NCBI GenBank assembly: GCA_037917685.1
Contig: JAVCBU010000006.1
Location: forward strand, 128,001-192,000
Reading direction: 5' to 3'
DNA: 64,000 nucleotides
Origin: Thermoproteota archaeon
Lineage (GTDB): Archaea; Korarchaeota; Korarchaeia; Korarchaeales; JAOZGB01
Shown: piece after piece, positions 1 to 9,677 of the stretch
Numbering within the stretch: the stretch's first letter is position 1
Layout of the letters: every line of letters starts with the position of its first letter
The notes under the pieces: generated by a model
The model's input: only the letters and a program-made list of their open reading frames with translations
Databases searched by the model: none
Told to the model about the DNA's origin: nothing
Made by a program: the position numbers and the translations under genes

Positions 1-156
1 AAAAATAAAAAAATTACTTAAAATTGTATTTGCCATATGCCTATACAAGACCTCATAACTCATGAAGTTTTACTATAAGCCACGAGCATAAATAGTCAAA
101 AAGGTTGAAAAACGAAAAGCTTTTATTTGAAGAGATCACTATATCTATGACCCAAA

Positions 157-354
157 ATGGAGCTACCACTAGCCCCAATCGACAGGATAATCAGAAAGGC
201 CGGTGCAGATAGAGTTTCAGATGGCGCTAAGAGAGCACTTGCAAACTACTTGGAAGAGAAGGCGTACGAAGTAGCAAAGAGAGCTGTTGAACTGGCCAAG
301 CACGCTGGAAGAAAGACAGTTGTAGAAGACGACATTAAACTAGCTACAAGGTAA
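157..354 (+). CDS. Archaeal histone (HMfA/B family)
   Basis: [21 protein letters not shown]...[17 protein letters not shown] histone-fold signature. Confidence 0.97.
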   Translation: MELPLAPIDRIIRKAGADRVSDGAKRALANYLEEKAYEVAKRAVELAKHAGRKTVVEDDIKLATR

Positions 355-559
355 ACCGGCCCACTCCCATTTTTTACATTTCAAAAGTAAAACTAACTAT
401 CAACATCCAACTACCATATCATAATATAATAGTAGAAGGGTCTCTTCTCTCCTTAAACCAGTATTTAAACGCTGTAGTCACGCTATTGAACAATAAAGCA
501 AATCTCTGACACGGTAGGAATGAAGATCCTCCAGATTCTTATCGTTTTCTATGAAAAGG

Positions 560-1852
560 CTAGCTCAGTAGTTTTTTGGCTGATTTGTAGGCTTTTTTCA
601 TGGCTTCCTGCTCGTTTATAGTTTGGAGTTTCCTATTTTCCATCAGTATTCTTCCCTCTACTATTACTGTCTCGACGTTTTCGGGTGTTGCTGAGTAGAT
701 TGTTGAGCTTATGGGTTCGTGTGCGTAGACCATGTTTAGCCGCCATGGGTCAAGTATTACTATGTCTGCTTTGAACCCGTTTTTAAGGATGCCTGATTTT
801 ATGTTTAGCGCCTTAGCCCCGTTTACAGTTGCCATCTGGAGGACTTGCTTTGCTGTTATGGCTCGGGGGTCGTCATTGTATACTTTATGGAGTAGGGCTG
901 TTGTTTTCATTTCGGAGAAGAAGTCTTGTCTGCCAGTGCTTGCAGAGCCATCTGTGGCTAGGGTTACGTTAACGCCTTTTGAAAGGAGTTCTGGTACAGG
1001 AGAGACGCCGTCTGTTATGTACATGTTGCTAGTTGGGCAATGCACGGTATTTGACCTTGTCTCTGAAAGATATCTTATCTCAGTTGGTGAAAGTCTACAT
1101 GCATGAACTCCAATAAACTTCTCGTCTAAAATTCCGAGTTTGTGAAGCAGTTCTGCATCTCTTAGTCCCTCTCTCTTTATCAAGAGCTGAACGTCCTCCT
1201 CACTTTCGGCTAGGTGTGTATAGTAGTGGCGGCCATACTTGTCCGCAAGCTCCTTTGATGCTTTCAGCAAGTCATTCGAGACGAAGCATGGATGCATAGG
1301 CCCTGGCATCACGTTCTCATATTTCCTCATCAAGTACTCCAAGTTCTCAAGTACGTCATCGCCCTTTTCCCTAAGTTTCTCATAGGCTTCCACCTCGTAG
1401 AATCCTCTTGAAAGGTATCCTCGTATTCCGGTGTCTTCGAAGGCTTTCAGGACAGCTTCAAAGTGCGGGTTGCCATAATGCATTTCAAGAATTGTCGTAA
1501 CTCCCGACTTGATGTTTTCAGCTATAGCCAGAACGGCAGCGTTGTATACGTCTTCATAGGTCATCTTGGGTACTATAGGCCATATTGCCGTTTTAAGCCA
1601 GTCTAGAAGGATCATATCCGCCCCCACGGTTCTCAGTAGTACTTGAAACATGTGAGTATGCATGTTAAAAAAGCCTGGAAGTATATATTTCCCTTGAGCA
1701 TCTATTACCCTATCGGCATCGTAGCCCTCCGCCTCAGATCTAGCCCCGATAAAAGCTATCTCGCCATTTTCAACTAGGATTCCCCCATCATCTATTACCA
1801 TTTTAGACTCATCCATAGTTATAACAGTCCCACCAAGTATGAGAAGCCTCAT
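560..1852 (-). CDS. Amidohydrolase family protein (MTA/SAH deaminase-like)
   Basis: PGFFNMHTH, HLAES, HCPTSN, LATDG metal-binding motifs; likely start MRLLILGG at 1852 (ORF extends to 1897). Confidence 0.88.
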   Translation of the reverse strand: MRLLILGGTVITMDESKMVIDDGGILVENGEIAFIGARSEAEGYDADRVIDAQGKYILPGFFNMHTHMFQVLLRTVGADMILLDWLKTAIWPIVPKMTYEDVYNAAVLAIAENIKSGVTTILEMHYGNPHFEAVLKAFEDTGIRGYLSRGFYEVEAYEKLREKGDDVLENLEYLMRKYENVMPGPMHPCFVSNDLLKASKELADKYGRHYYTHLAESEEDVQLLIKREGLRDAELLHKLGILDEKFIGVHACRLSPTEIRYLSETRSNTVHCPTSNMYITDGVSPVPELLSKGVNVTLATDGSASTGRQDFFSEMKTTALLHKVYNDDPRAITAKQVLQMATVNGAKALNIKSGILKNGFKADIVILDPWRLNMVYAHEPISSTIYSATPENVETVIVEGRILMENRKLQTINEQEAMKKAYKSAKKLLS

Positions 1853-1945
1853 CTTTCCAACTGAATTGGAAGCATCCCCGAATATTTTAACTCTCATGTC
1901 GAGGGTGAATAGTTTTAACTATGTGTAGATCCTTCAAAAAACAGA

Positions 1946-3049
1946 TTGCAACTCAGCATAAGAGATGTTTTCAAGCTCTGTAAGGAGCTTGAAGGCAAAA
2001 GTAAACGCGTTGTTAACGCTCATATTGGAGCCCCGGGGCACAGCCCCCCTATGCCTGTTAAGGATGCAATAGAATCCGTGGGAGAGTTTGGTGTCGAATA
2101 TGCGCCATTTGCAGGCATAGAAGAGTTAAGAGAGGCAGCGGCAAGGTATATAGCTAGGTGTGGCGGCCCGAGGTTGGACTGGGAGAATGTCATAGTTACC
2201 GCCAGCGGCGCACATGCAATACACGTGGTTGCTCTACTCTTCAGGAGGGGCAGAGCTCTATTCCCCCGTATAGGTTTCCCCCTTTACTATCCGCAGATAA
2301 GCCTGTCAGGAACAGAGGTGGAGCTTTACAATCCTGTTGTTGAGGAAATCGACATTGAAATAGTAAGTAGAACGGAGTTAAACCCAAATTACGCGCTTGT
2401 AAACTATCCCCATAACCCAACAGGGTTCCAGCCGAGCTCAAGGCGTATATTCAACCTTTACGAGATACTCCAGGAGAAAGGCATATTAATGGTTAACGAC
2501 GCGGTCTATCACCAAATCTACTACAAAGAAAAACCACCTGTGATAGGAGATATCATTGTGGACAGCGTATCCAAGGGTATAGCTCTGCCGGGGCTTAGAA
2601 TAGGCTTTCTATACTTTAAAGACAGGGAGCTAGCTGAAAAAGCTGGCAGAATCGTATATCACACAACGGCAGGTGCCAGCGACATCTCCCAGCTTATAGT
2701 AGTAAAAATGCTCAGTAAGGCTGACGAGTCCTACTTTCACCGTGTAAGAACATATTACAAGCATAAAATGGAGATGCTTAGGAAGGGCCTTGCAGAACTA
2801 GGGTTCGAAATGACCGAGCCTAAAGGAGCCTTCTATATCTTCACAAGACATGAATCCATAAGAGAAGCTTCGATCTTTGCATTGTCCCTACTATCCGGGA
2901 ACAGGGATGTATACATAGGAATAGTTCCTGGAGGTGTGTTTGGAGCCACGGATGAATGGATGCGTATAAGCTACGGGAAACTCACAGAGGAAGACATAAG
3001 CTTGCTTCTAGCAGAATTTGAGAAAGAACTTAGGAAAATAGACCGATAA
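1946..3049 (+). CDS. PLP-dependent aminotransferase class I/II
   Basis: NYPHNPTG, DAVY, SVSKGIALPGLRIG motifs. Confidence 0.92.
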   Translation: MQLSIRDVFKLCKELEGKSKRVVNAHIGAPGHSPPMPVKDAIESVGEFGVEYAPFAGIEELREAAARYIARCGGPRLDWENVIVTASGAHAIHVVALLFRRGRALFPRIGFPLYYPQISLSGTEVELYNPVVEEIDIEIVSRTELNPNYALVNYPHNPTGFQPSSRRIFNLYEILQEKGILMVNDAVYHQIYYKEKPPVIGDIIVDSVSKGIALPGLRIGFLYFKDRELAEKAGRIVYHTTAGASDISQLIVVKMLSKADESYFHRVRTYYKHKMEMLRKGLAELGFEMTEPKGAFYIFTRHESIREASIFALSLLSGNRDVYIGIVPGGVFGATDEWMRISYGKLTEEDISLLLAEFEKELRKIDR

Positions 3050-3214
3050 ACTGAGCCTACCAGCCACCTAGTTTTAAGGCCCATCTACCACTCCCTGCTC
3101 GTTATGCAACCCCAAGATAACAGATGGTACAAATCCACGATAGGCACTATCATAGTAGCAGCTCTACAATCTTCACACCAGACCAGATAAGAGCAGAGAG
3201 AAAAGCCTTACTTT

Positions 3215-3282
3215 TCGGTGTAAGGGACTACGACAACCTCTCCACGTTAATCGGTGTAAGGGACTACGACAACCTCTCCACG
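3215..3282. repeat. Perfect 32-bp direct repeat x2 (36-bp period)
   Basis: TCGGTGTAAGGGACTACGACAACCTCTCCACG at 3215-3246 and 3251-3282. Confidence 0.95.
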
Positions 3283-3413
3283 AGTCGCAGATGTGGCAGA
3301 TGGAATGGAATATGGATCTATTACCATCAATCACGATGGGATACTGGGAAAAGGTCATATTAAAATTAGGGACTGTAGTTAGGCTCTAAACATAAACGTA
3401 TTAATACGTTCCT

Positions 3414-3733
3414 CACAGCAGTCTCGTCGGTTCTTTTGGACAAGGGACTTTGATAACAAGAAAGCGAAGTATGCCGCTCCCCCTTGCTATACCAACAATG
3501 TGGAATCCTTGCAGGACTGTCAATCAGAGTGTCAGGTCCAACCTCGCATTTCTCGCCGCCTATCTCAACAACTCCCCTACCCTCAAGCACATAGAAGACC
3601 ATGTCAACGGGGTAACCTGCTTCCTCATCTTCTCCCCCAGGCTTCAGCATTACATGAACGATCTGAGCATGCTCAGTATCGTAAATTCTGCGGGCATCCA
3701 CGCCATGAGGATTCTCCGATCTACTATTCTCAT
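3414..3733 (-). pseudogene. Cupin-domain protein pseudogene with several frameshifts
   Basis: ENPHGVDARRIYDTEHAQIVH...FYVLEGRG...PARIPH; C-terminus ILRFLVIKVP...RLL* lies in another frame; indels in G/C homopolymers. Confidence 0.75.
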
Positions 3734-3874
3734 ATCCAAGCCTCTACCCTACATTTAAACGTATCCCAGTAACAATCCTACACCCCACCTAGGCATAGTA
3801 TCACTCCAGTTAACCATGCCTACTTTAGATTGTCTAAGAGTATCATTAATAAGCAGACGCCTGTTATATAGCTT

Positions 3875-4699
3875 GTGAGAGAACTAAACCTTAACTGCGG
3901 GTTTGAACGCATAAGGGGTGTCAAACTCAAAGTATGCGAGTGCGATGGAAAGTCCAAGTTCACACTGGTCTTCCTTCACGGATGCCCAGGACAGATAAGC
4001 AACTGGAAGTATCAACTAAAGCACTTTTGCAATGCTTACTATTGCATCGCATACGACCAGCGGGGGTACGGCGAATCGGAAAAGCCTAGAAATGTGGTGT
4101 TTGAAGACTATGTTGAAGACTTAGCCTCAATCCTTAATAAAAAGGGTGTTAAGAAGCCAGTACTTATAGGTCACAGCTTCGGGGCAGCAGTTGCACAGCT
4201 CTACGCGAGAGATAGAGAAGTAAGCGGGCTCATCCTGATAGGATCTCTAGTCAGATGGAAGAGAGGTATAACTGACATTATGATTGATAAACTACCACCT
4301 CTTTTCTGGAGAAAACTTCTTTTCACAATGAACCCTCTCACAATTAGACTTTACCGTAAAATGTTCTTCAGCCCAAACACACCAGAGGAAGTATACCAAG
4401 AATTTGTAAAGGACAACGCTGACTACATCTCCAGCCTCCCACCCCACGTCATCCGATACGAGAAATACTTCAGCAAATACGACGCCTCCCAATGGCTCGA
4501 CAAGATAAAAGCACCTACCCTCATAATAGTAGGAGAGGACGACACCGTAACACCACCAGAATATAGCAGAAAAATCCACCAGAAAGTAGAAAACAGCAGG
4601 TTAGAAATCATAAAAAACGCAGGACACCTTATACTGTACGAAAAACCAAAAGAGCTAAACAAACTAATAGAAGAGTTCCTCACATCACTGAAAGAATAA
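3875..4699 (+). CDS. Alpha/beta hydrolase
   Basis: FLHGCPG, DQRGYGES, GHSFG nucleophile elbow, GEDD, AGH. Confidence 0.95.
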   Translation: MRELNLNCGFERIRGVKLKVCECDGKSKFTLVFLHGCPGQISNWKYQLKHFCNAYYCIAYDQRGYGESEKPRNVVFEDYVEDLASILNKKGVKKPVLIGHSFGAAVAQLYARDREVSGLILIGSLVRWKRGITDIMIDKLPPLFWRKLLFTMNPLTIRLYRKMFFSPNTPEEVYQEFVKDNADYISSLPPHVIRYEKYFSKYDASQWLDKIKAPTLIIVGEDDTVTPPEYSRKIHQKVENSRLEIIKNAGHLILYEKPKELNKLIEEFLTSLKE

Positions 4700-4874
4700 T
4701 ATACCAACAATGTACCGGAAACCAAGCACAAATCCAGACTACAATGGAGCATAGAGAACAGTAAACCATCTCCCCACGCAGAGGTTTCATGGATTGCCGC
4801 AGCATCCATAAAGTATAAATATAGAGAACAACTGAAAGGAGAAAAGGCCCAAACACACCTAGCCGCCTATCCAA
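4680..4874 (-). CDS. Possible small membrane protein
   Basis: 64-aa ORF with two hydrophobic stretches; no recognisable motif. Confidence 0.3.
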   Translation of the reverse strand: MDRRLGVFGPFLLSVVLYIYTLWMLRQSMKPLRGEMVYCSLCSIVVWICAWFPVHCWYIILSVM

Positions 4875-5200
4875 TCCACTTACCAGTATAGCTATTGAAA
4901 AATTATCAATATAAAATACCCTTCAAAGCGTGTGGCACATGATATAGGGACCAATCTCCATTATTATAGCTTGTAAGCCTTAAAAACCTGTCTAAGTGCT
5001 AGTTACAATGTAACTTTCTCACAAGCCAGCCCTTCAATAGTAGTTAACCCGAAAGAACTTTTATTATAGAGAACAAACACTGGAAACACGGATTTGTTCC
5101 CTATAATAGGGTTTTCACATGTTTAATAGCTGTATGAACCACCATTCATGGACATTTACTTCATGATAAGCTATAAGGAAGCGTTTTGTTCTCTACATTT

Positions 5201-5353
5201 AGGTGCGGGGTGGGGTGTCCTTCCACTCGAGAATAGCTCTGTAGGTTAGCTTATCTAATTTTTATCAAATAGTATACAAGTATTTCATTATAGTATTATT
5301 ACTTACTTCGGTGCATAACACTGTGAGTTTCGAGTGGAAGTGCACCTCCCTCC
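5201..5353. other. Putative replication origin: inverted ORB-like boxes flanking an AT-rich unwinding element
   Basis: CTTCCACTCGAGAA (5220-5233) and inverted TTCCACTCGAAAC (5327-5339), G/C strings outside, AT-rich 5251-5307; strand skew flips here. Confidence 0.55.
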
Positions 5354-5363
5354 TTCATATTTA

Positions 5364-5395
5364 AACTTTACCTACGGATCCATGTAGGTAAAGTT
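5364..5395. promoter_or_regulatory. Perfect 12-8-12 palindrome (operator- or recombinase-site-like)
   Basis: AACTTTACCTAC-GGATCCAT-GTAGGTAAAGTT, abutting TATA-like TATTTAAA. Confidence 0.55.
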
Positions 5396-5533
5396 CAGGT
5401 GAGATGGTGAGATGAGAAGCCAAACCCACAGGTATGTGGATATAGCAGTAAGAAACATGAGGGGGCTCAATCACATACCAGTTGAGGTTCACTCCCCGAG
5501 GCCGGGTTTCTTGCCTGCGACAGCTGCCTTGTG

Positions 5534-5573
5534 GTGTCGAGGTGTGTGTCGAGGTGTTTGGTGGTGTCGAGGT
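5534..5573. repeat. GTGTCGAGGT direct repeat x3
   Basis: Copies at 5534, 5546 and 5564. Confidence 0.85.
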
Positions 5574-5621
5574 AAACTTGTATTAATTTAAAATACAAGT
5601 TTAGGTTGTTCTATTGTTGTT

Positions 5622-6578
5622 ATGCTGGGAGTTTTGCTGATGGTTTTGTCTTCACTTTATATAGCTTTGAGTATTGGAGCTAATGATGAGACTATGTCCG
5701 CTGTGGCCGGTTCGCGGTTTATTTCTGTCTGGAAGGCTGTCTTGATCGGAGGGGTGTGCGATTTTCTTGGTGCTGTGTTTATTGGTAGGAGGGTTGAGGA
5801 GACTATTGGGAAGGGGATTTTGGCTTTTGATGTTAGCGTTGAGTATGCTTTAGCAATTCTTGTTGCGATGGCCTTGTGGCTTACAGTTTCGTCTTTATTT
5901 GGATTTCCTGTTTCCACGACGCATTCTGTTATTGGGTCTGCTATGGGGGTGGGTTTGCTTACCGCGGGGGCTTCTGGTGTAAACTGGGGTGTGGTGTTTA
6001 AGATTATTGCTGGTATGCTTGTTTCCCCACTATTTGGCTTTGTAATTGCCTACGTGGTTTATTCTTTGTTGAAGGTTTTTGTACTTCGTAGGGCTACTGG
6101 TGTGACTGTGAGGGAGAGGGCTGAGCTTTTAATGGCTGTTCTCCTTACCTTGAGTTCGGCGTGGACCTCTTTCTCGAGAGGTGGTAATGATATTGGTAAT
6201 GCTACTGCTTTTATATTGCATGTTATCGGTAACCCCGGCCTTGTTAGGTTTTTGTGCGGGTTTGGGATGATGCTTGGACTTCTTACTATTGGTAGGAGGG
6301 TTATTGCTAATGTTGGGATGTCTGTTGTGGGGTTGACCCCGGGCATGGCTCTTTCAGCCCAGTTTTCAACTGGTTTACTTACTTTTATTGCTACTTTGAT
6401 TGGGCTTCCTTTGTCTGGTAGTCAGATACTTGTCGCCTCGCTTGTGGGGGTTGGATATGCAAGGGGTATGAGGATTAATGTGAGGGAGATTTTTGAGATT
6501 GTGCTGTCGTGGATACTTACGTTTCCTGTGTCAGCGTTAATCTCGGCTGGGGTTCTCATGGTAATTAGGCTTTTCTAA
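5622..6578 (+). CDS. Inorganic phosphate transporter, PiT family
   Basis: GAND, PVSTTHS, GGNDIGNA, GLPLS signature motifs; hydrophobic. Confidence 0.93.
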   Translation: MLGVLLMVLSSLYIALSIGANDETMSAVAGSRFISVWKAVLIGGVCDFLGAVFIGRRVEETIGKGILAFDVSVEYALAILVAMALWLTVSSLFGFPVSTTHSVIGSAMGVGLLTAGASGVNWGVVFKIIAGMLVSPLFGFVIAYVVYSLLKVFVLRRATGVTVRERAELLMAVLLTLSSAWTSFSRGGNDIGNATAFILHVIGNPGLVRFLCGFGMMLGLLTIGRRVIANVGMSVVGLTPGMALSAQFSTGLLTFIATLIGLPLSGSQILVASLVGVGYARGMRINVREIFEIVLSWILTFPVSALISAGVLMVIRLF

Positions 6579-6836
6579 CTGTGATGGTAAGGGGTGCCTT
6601 GGGGTTTAGTTTCTCTCTTGTTTGGAATAGCGTTGTTGTATAGTATCTGTCAGCTCTGTCTGGGAATACTGTGACGATTTTTTTGAGCTTGTATTTTTCT
6701 GCTGTTTTTATGGCTGCATATAGGTTGGCGCCGGATGAGATGCCTACGAAGAACCCTTTCTTAGCGTTTTTGTATTTGAATAGGGCAATCGGGTGTTTCC
6801 AATAAGGCTTAAAATGTTAGAGGCAAACTAAAACAC
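6565..6836 (-). pseudogene. Cysteine synthase (CysK/CysM family) pseudogene with large internal deletion
   Basis: N-terminal NILSLIGNT(P) joined almost directly to C-terminal GFFVGISSGANLYAA...IVTVFPDRADRY; in-frame TAG and a 1-nt deletion. Confidence 0.8.
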
Positions 6837-6901
6837 CTTTGGACATATTTATACATCTCGCTCGGTATGTCATGTTTTGTTATTATTGTCAGCCATGTTT
6901 G

Positions 6902-7687
6902 TTATTGTTGGGAAGTTATGATTTTCTGTGTTCCAGTCTTTATTGTTCTTATGTAGACTTCTATGCTTGTTGTCCTTGAGGCTTTTCTTCCTGCCTTTAA
7001 TACTTTTTGTGTTGGTGTTGCCTTTTTAGATCTATATACTGGGTCTCTTACATTCTGGTAGGGGATGAATTGTTGAACTATGTATACTGTCCTTCCTTTT
7101 CTGTTTGCCGCGTACTCTGCTACTGTCTTTGATATCTCTATTATGTCTTCCTCTTCTATTATGCCTGGCACCATTGTTGTTCTGAACTCGAGGAATGGGG
7201 TGTCTAGGGCTGCTTTTATGCCTTCCTTGATTCTTTCCAGGATTTCTGCTGTTTTCTTTTCTGGGAGGCCTATTGCCAAGGCATACTTGCTTATATTGTT
7301 CAGGGGGGCTTTAATGTCTATTGCTACGTGGTCTACATGTGGTTTGAGTTTTTCTATGGCTTCAGGGATTGATGCGTTGGTGTCATAGCTTGTTTTCAGG
7401 CTTGTTTCAGTCTTTACCATTTGAAAAAGTGTAGTTAGTGCTTTATGTTGGAGTGTCGGCTCTCCTCCTGTTATGTGTAGGTAGTCTAATAGTTTTTGTG
7501 ATTCTTTTAGTAGTTCTAATGTTTCCTCTATTGTTATTTGCTTGGTGTTTTTACCTTCTACTACTGGGGTGTTTGAGCACCAGGGGCATTTGAAGTTACA
7601 TCCCGTGGTCCATATGGTGAATGAGGGGTGCTCTAATACGTCTACTAGGCTTAGGGTTTTGTATCCAGCTATTTTTATGGTTGGCAT
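6902..7687 (-). CDS. nrdG: Anaerobic ribonucleotide reductase activating enzyme (radical SAM)
   Basis: GCNFKCPWCSN CxxxCxxC, TGGEPT; adjacent to nrdD. Confidence 0.93.
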   Translation of the reverse strand: MPTIKIAGYKTLSLVDVLEHPSFTIWTTGCNFKCPWCSNTPVVEGKNTKQITIEETLELLKESQKLLDYLHITGGEPTLQHKALTTLFQMVKTETSLKTSYDTNASIPEAIEKLKPHVDHVAIDIKAPLNNISKYALAIGLPEKKTAEILERIKEGIKAALDTPFLEFRTTMVPGIIEEEDIIEISKTVAEYAANRKGRTVYIVQQFIPYQNVRDPVYRSKKATPTQKVLKAGRKASRTTSIEVYIRTIKTGTQKIITSQQ

Positions 7688-7688
7688 T

Positions 7689-9620
7689 TTAGAGTTTGTA
7701 TTTCATTGCTTTGATTGTTTCATGGGTTCCTTCACCGTACTGTACTCTTATGTTGAACTCAGCCTTCTTGCCTATGTTCCATGTTCGTACTGGCCTGTAG
7801 TATCCTACTATTCTACTCCACCAGTCAACCTGGGCGTTGCATTTGGGGCATTGGTCGTATATGCCTACGGCGTTCCATCCGCATTTTCGGCATACGCTCA
7901 TTGTGGGGGTTATGCTTAGATAGACTATTCTGGTATTCGTTAGTATGTTTTTGATCATTCTTTTTAGGGCTTTGGGGTCTGGGGATTCGTAGAGGAAGAG
8001 GTGCATCATTACGCCGCCTGTGAATTCCTGTTGTACTTCTCCCTCCCATTCTGCTCTTAGAGCTATTGGTACGTCGGCGTAGTAGGGTACTACGCTGTTG
8101 CTGTAGAATGGTGCGCCTCCTTCTGTTGGTATGAAGGCGTCTCCAGATTCTAATAGGTGTCTCATTCTTTTCATGTCTAGTTTTGCTAGTCTGTATGCTA
8201 CACTCTCAGCGGGGATTTCCTCAACGTTGTATAGGTAGCTGTCTGTTTTTTCAAATTCCTCTGTTTTTTCCCTTATCGCTTTTACTATTTCTTTTTCTAT
8301 CTTTATTGCTTCAGCCATTTCCTTCTTGGATCCTTCCCTCCAGACGTTGTATCCCATGAGGTTTGCTGCTGCTTCTGGTAGTCCAACTATGCCTATGGTG
8401 CTGTAGTGGTTTGCTAGGTGTTGTAGGTAGAGGTTTGTCATTGGCATTAGTCCTATTTTAAGGTTTCTTTCATAGGTTGTTCTCCATATGGATAGTATTT
8501 TTCTTCCTTGTTCCATTTTCTCGTATACTTGTGAGATGAATATTTCCCAGTTTCCAGCTGATCTCGCCGCTATTCTTGGGAGGTTTAGTGTTATAACTCC
8601 GATGCTTCCTGTAGCGTCTGGTATGGCCCACATGCCTCTTAGCCCATCTGGCTTTACCTGTGGGTTTACGGCGAGTTTTAAGCTGTTGTTCATGTTTACC
8701 TTGGACATGTCTAGGGTGAGGCGGCAGCACATGGAGTATATGGCTGATACATCGGTTGTGTATCCGTTCAGGATGTAGAAGGTGCCTCTTTTTGCTAGTG
8801 CTTCGAATATGGTGTCTGTTAGGTCTCCCCATCTTCTACCGTTCCAATCGAACCTGTCTGTGACTGTTAGGGTTGGTATTGGGAAGGTGAAGGGCTGGTT
8901 TCTTGAGTCTCCTTCTATGTATAATTCGGTTAAGGCTTTATTTACCAGGATTATTTCATCTATGTAGTCTTGGAATTGTCCTACTATTTTTCCTCCATGT
9001 ATTGCTTCTCCCTCGAGAGCTCCTGGTATCATGTCTATCATTAGGGTTATGTTTGTGAATGGTGACTGGTAGCCCATTCTTGAGGGGTAGTTCAGCTCGA
9101 ATAACATTCCCTGCAGGATTTGTTTGACCTGTTTTAGGTTTAGCCTGTCGTAGTGGATGAATGGGGATAGGTTGAGGTCGAATGCTGAGACTGCTGTTGC
9201 CCCTGACCATTCCTGGGCTACTATAAAGAAGAAGTTTACAAGATGATATACTGCTGTATCTAGGTGTTTCGCTGGTTTCGATATGACTGTAGGTGTTTTC
9301 AACCCGTTTAATAGTATTTTCTGATAGTTAAATCCGGTACAGTATGGTATGTGAAGACTATGTGGCAACTTATGTATGTGAATCTCGCCTTTGAGATGCT
9401 CCTCTACGAGCTTCTCCGGGAGGTATTCTGACAGAATATCCTTTCTTTTTATTATTTTATCTAGGTAGAAACTTAGAAAATTAGCATACGCCCTACTTTC
9501 ATTTGCATTTTCTCTAACCTCCCAGTCAAGCTCCCCTATATAGTCTTTAAGGGCTTGTTTGAGGCTCAACGCCGGAATAATTTCTGCTTCGGTTATTTCA
9601 GTAATTTTTTTATCTGTCAA
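7689..9620 (-). CDS. nrdD: Class III anaerobic ribonucleoside-triphosphate reductase (no ATP cone)
   Basis: SMCCRL finger-loop Cys, RIVGYY glycyl radical site, C-terminal CxxC..CxxC. Confidence 0.95.
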   Translation of the reverse strand: MTDKKITEITEAEIIPALSLKQALKDYIGELDWEVRENANESRAYANFLSFYLDKIIKRKDILSEYLPEKLVEEHLKGEIHIHKLPHSLHIPYCTGFNYQKILLNGLKTPTVISKPAKHLDTAVYHLVNFFFIVAQEWSGATAVSAFDLNLSPFIHYDRLNLKQVKQILQGMLFELNYPSRMGYQSPFTNITLMIDMIPGALEGEAIHGGKIVGQFQDYIDEIILVNKALTELYIEGDSRNQPFTFPIPTLTVTDRFDWNGRRWGDLTDTIFEALAKRGTFYILNGYTTDVSAIYSMCCRLTLDMSKVNMNNSLKLAVNPQVKPDGLRGMWAIPDATGSIGVITLNLPRIAARSAGNWEIFISQVYEKMEQGRKILSIWRTTYERNLKIGLMPMTNLYLQHLANHYSTIGIVGLPEAAANLMGYNVWREGSKKEMAEAIKIEKEIVKAIREKTEEFEKTDSYLYNVEEIPAESVAYRLAKLDMKRMRHLLESGDAFIPTEGGAPFYSNSVVPYYADVPIALRAEWEGEVQQEFTGGVMMHLFLYESPDPKALKRMIKNILTNTRIVYLSITPTMSVCRKCGWNAVGIYDQCPKCNAQVDWWSRIVGYYRPVRTWNIGKKAEFNIRVQYGEGTHETIKAMKYKL

Positions 9621-9677
9621 GTCTAATCGTGGTATTTAACCATTGATTATTTATTTTTTTTATTAAATTCATCTATT

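Noticed and set aside
485-541. Possible C/D box sRNA (CTGA...ATGAAGA)
   Set aside because: Terminal C and D boxes are too degenerate and no convincing target was identified
3215-3282. CRISPR array call
   Set aside because: Only 4 bp between copies; a simple tandem duplication
6795-6815. GTTTCCAATAAGGCTTAAAAT resembling a Thermococcales CRISPR repeat
   Set aside because: Single copy, and it is the antisense of the ILSLIGN codons of the cysteine synthase remnant
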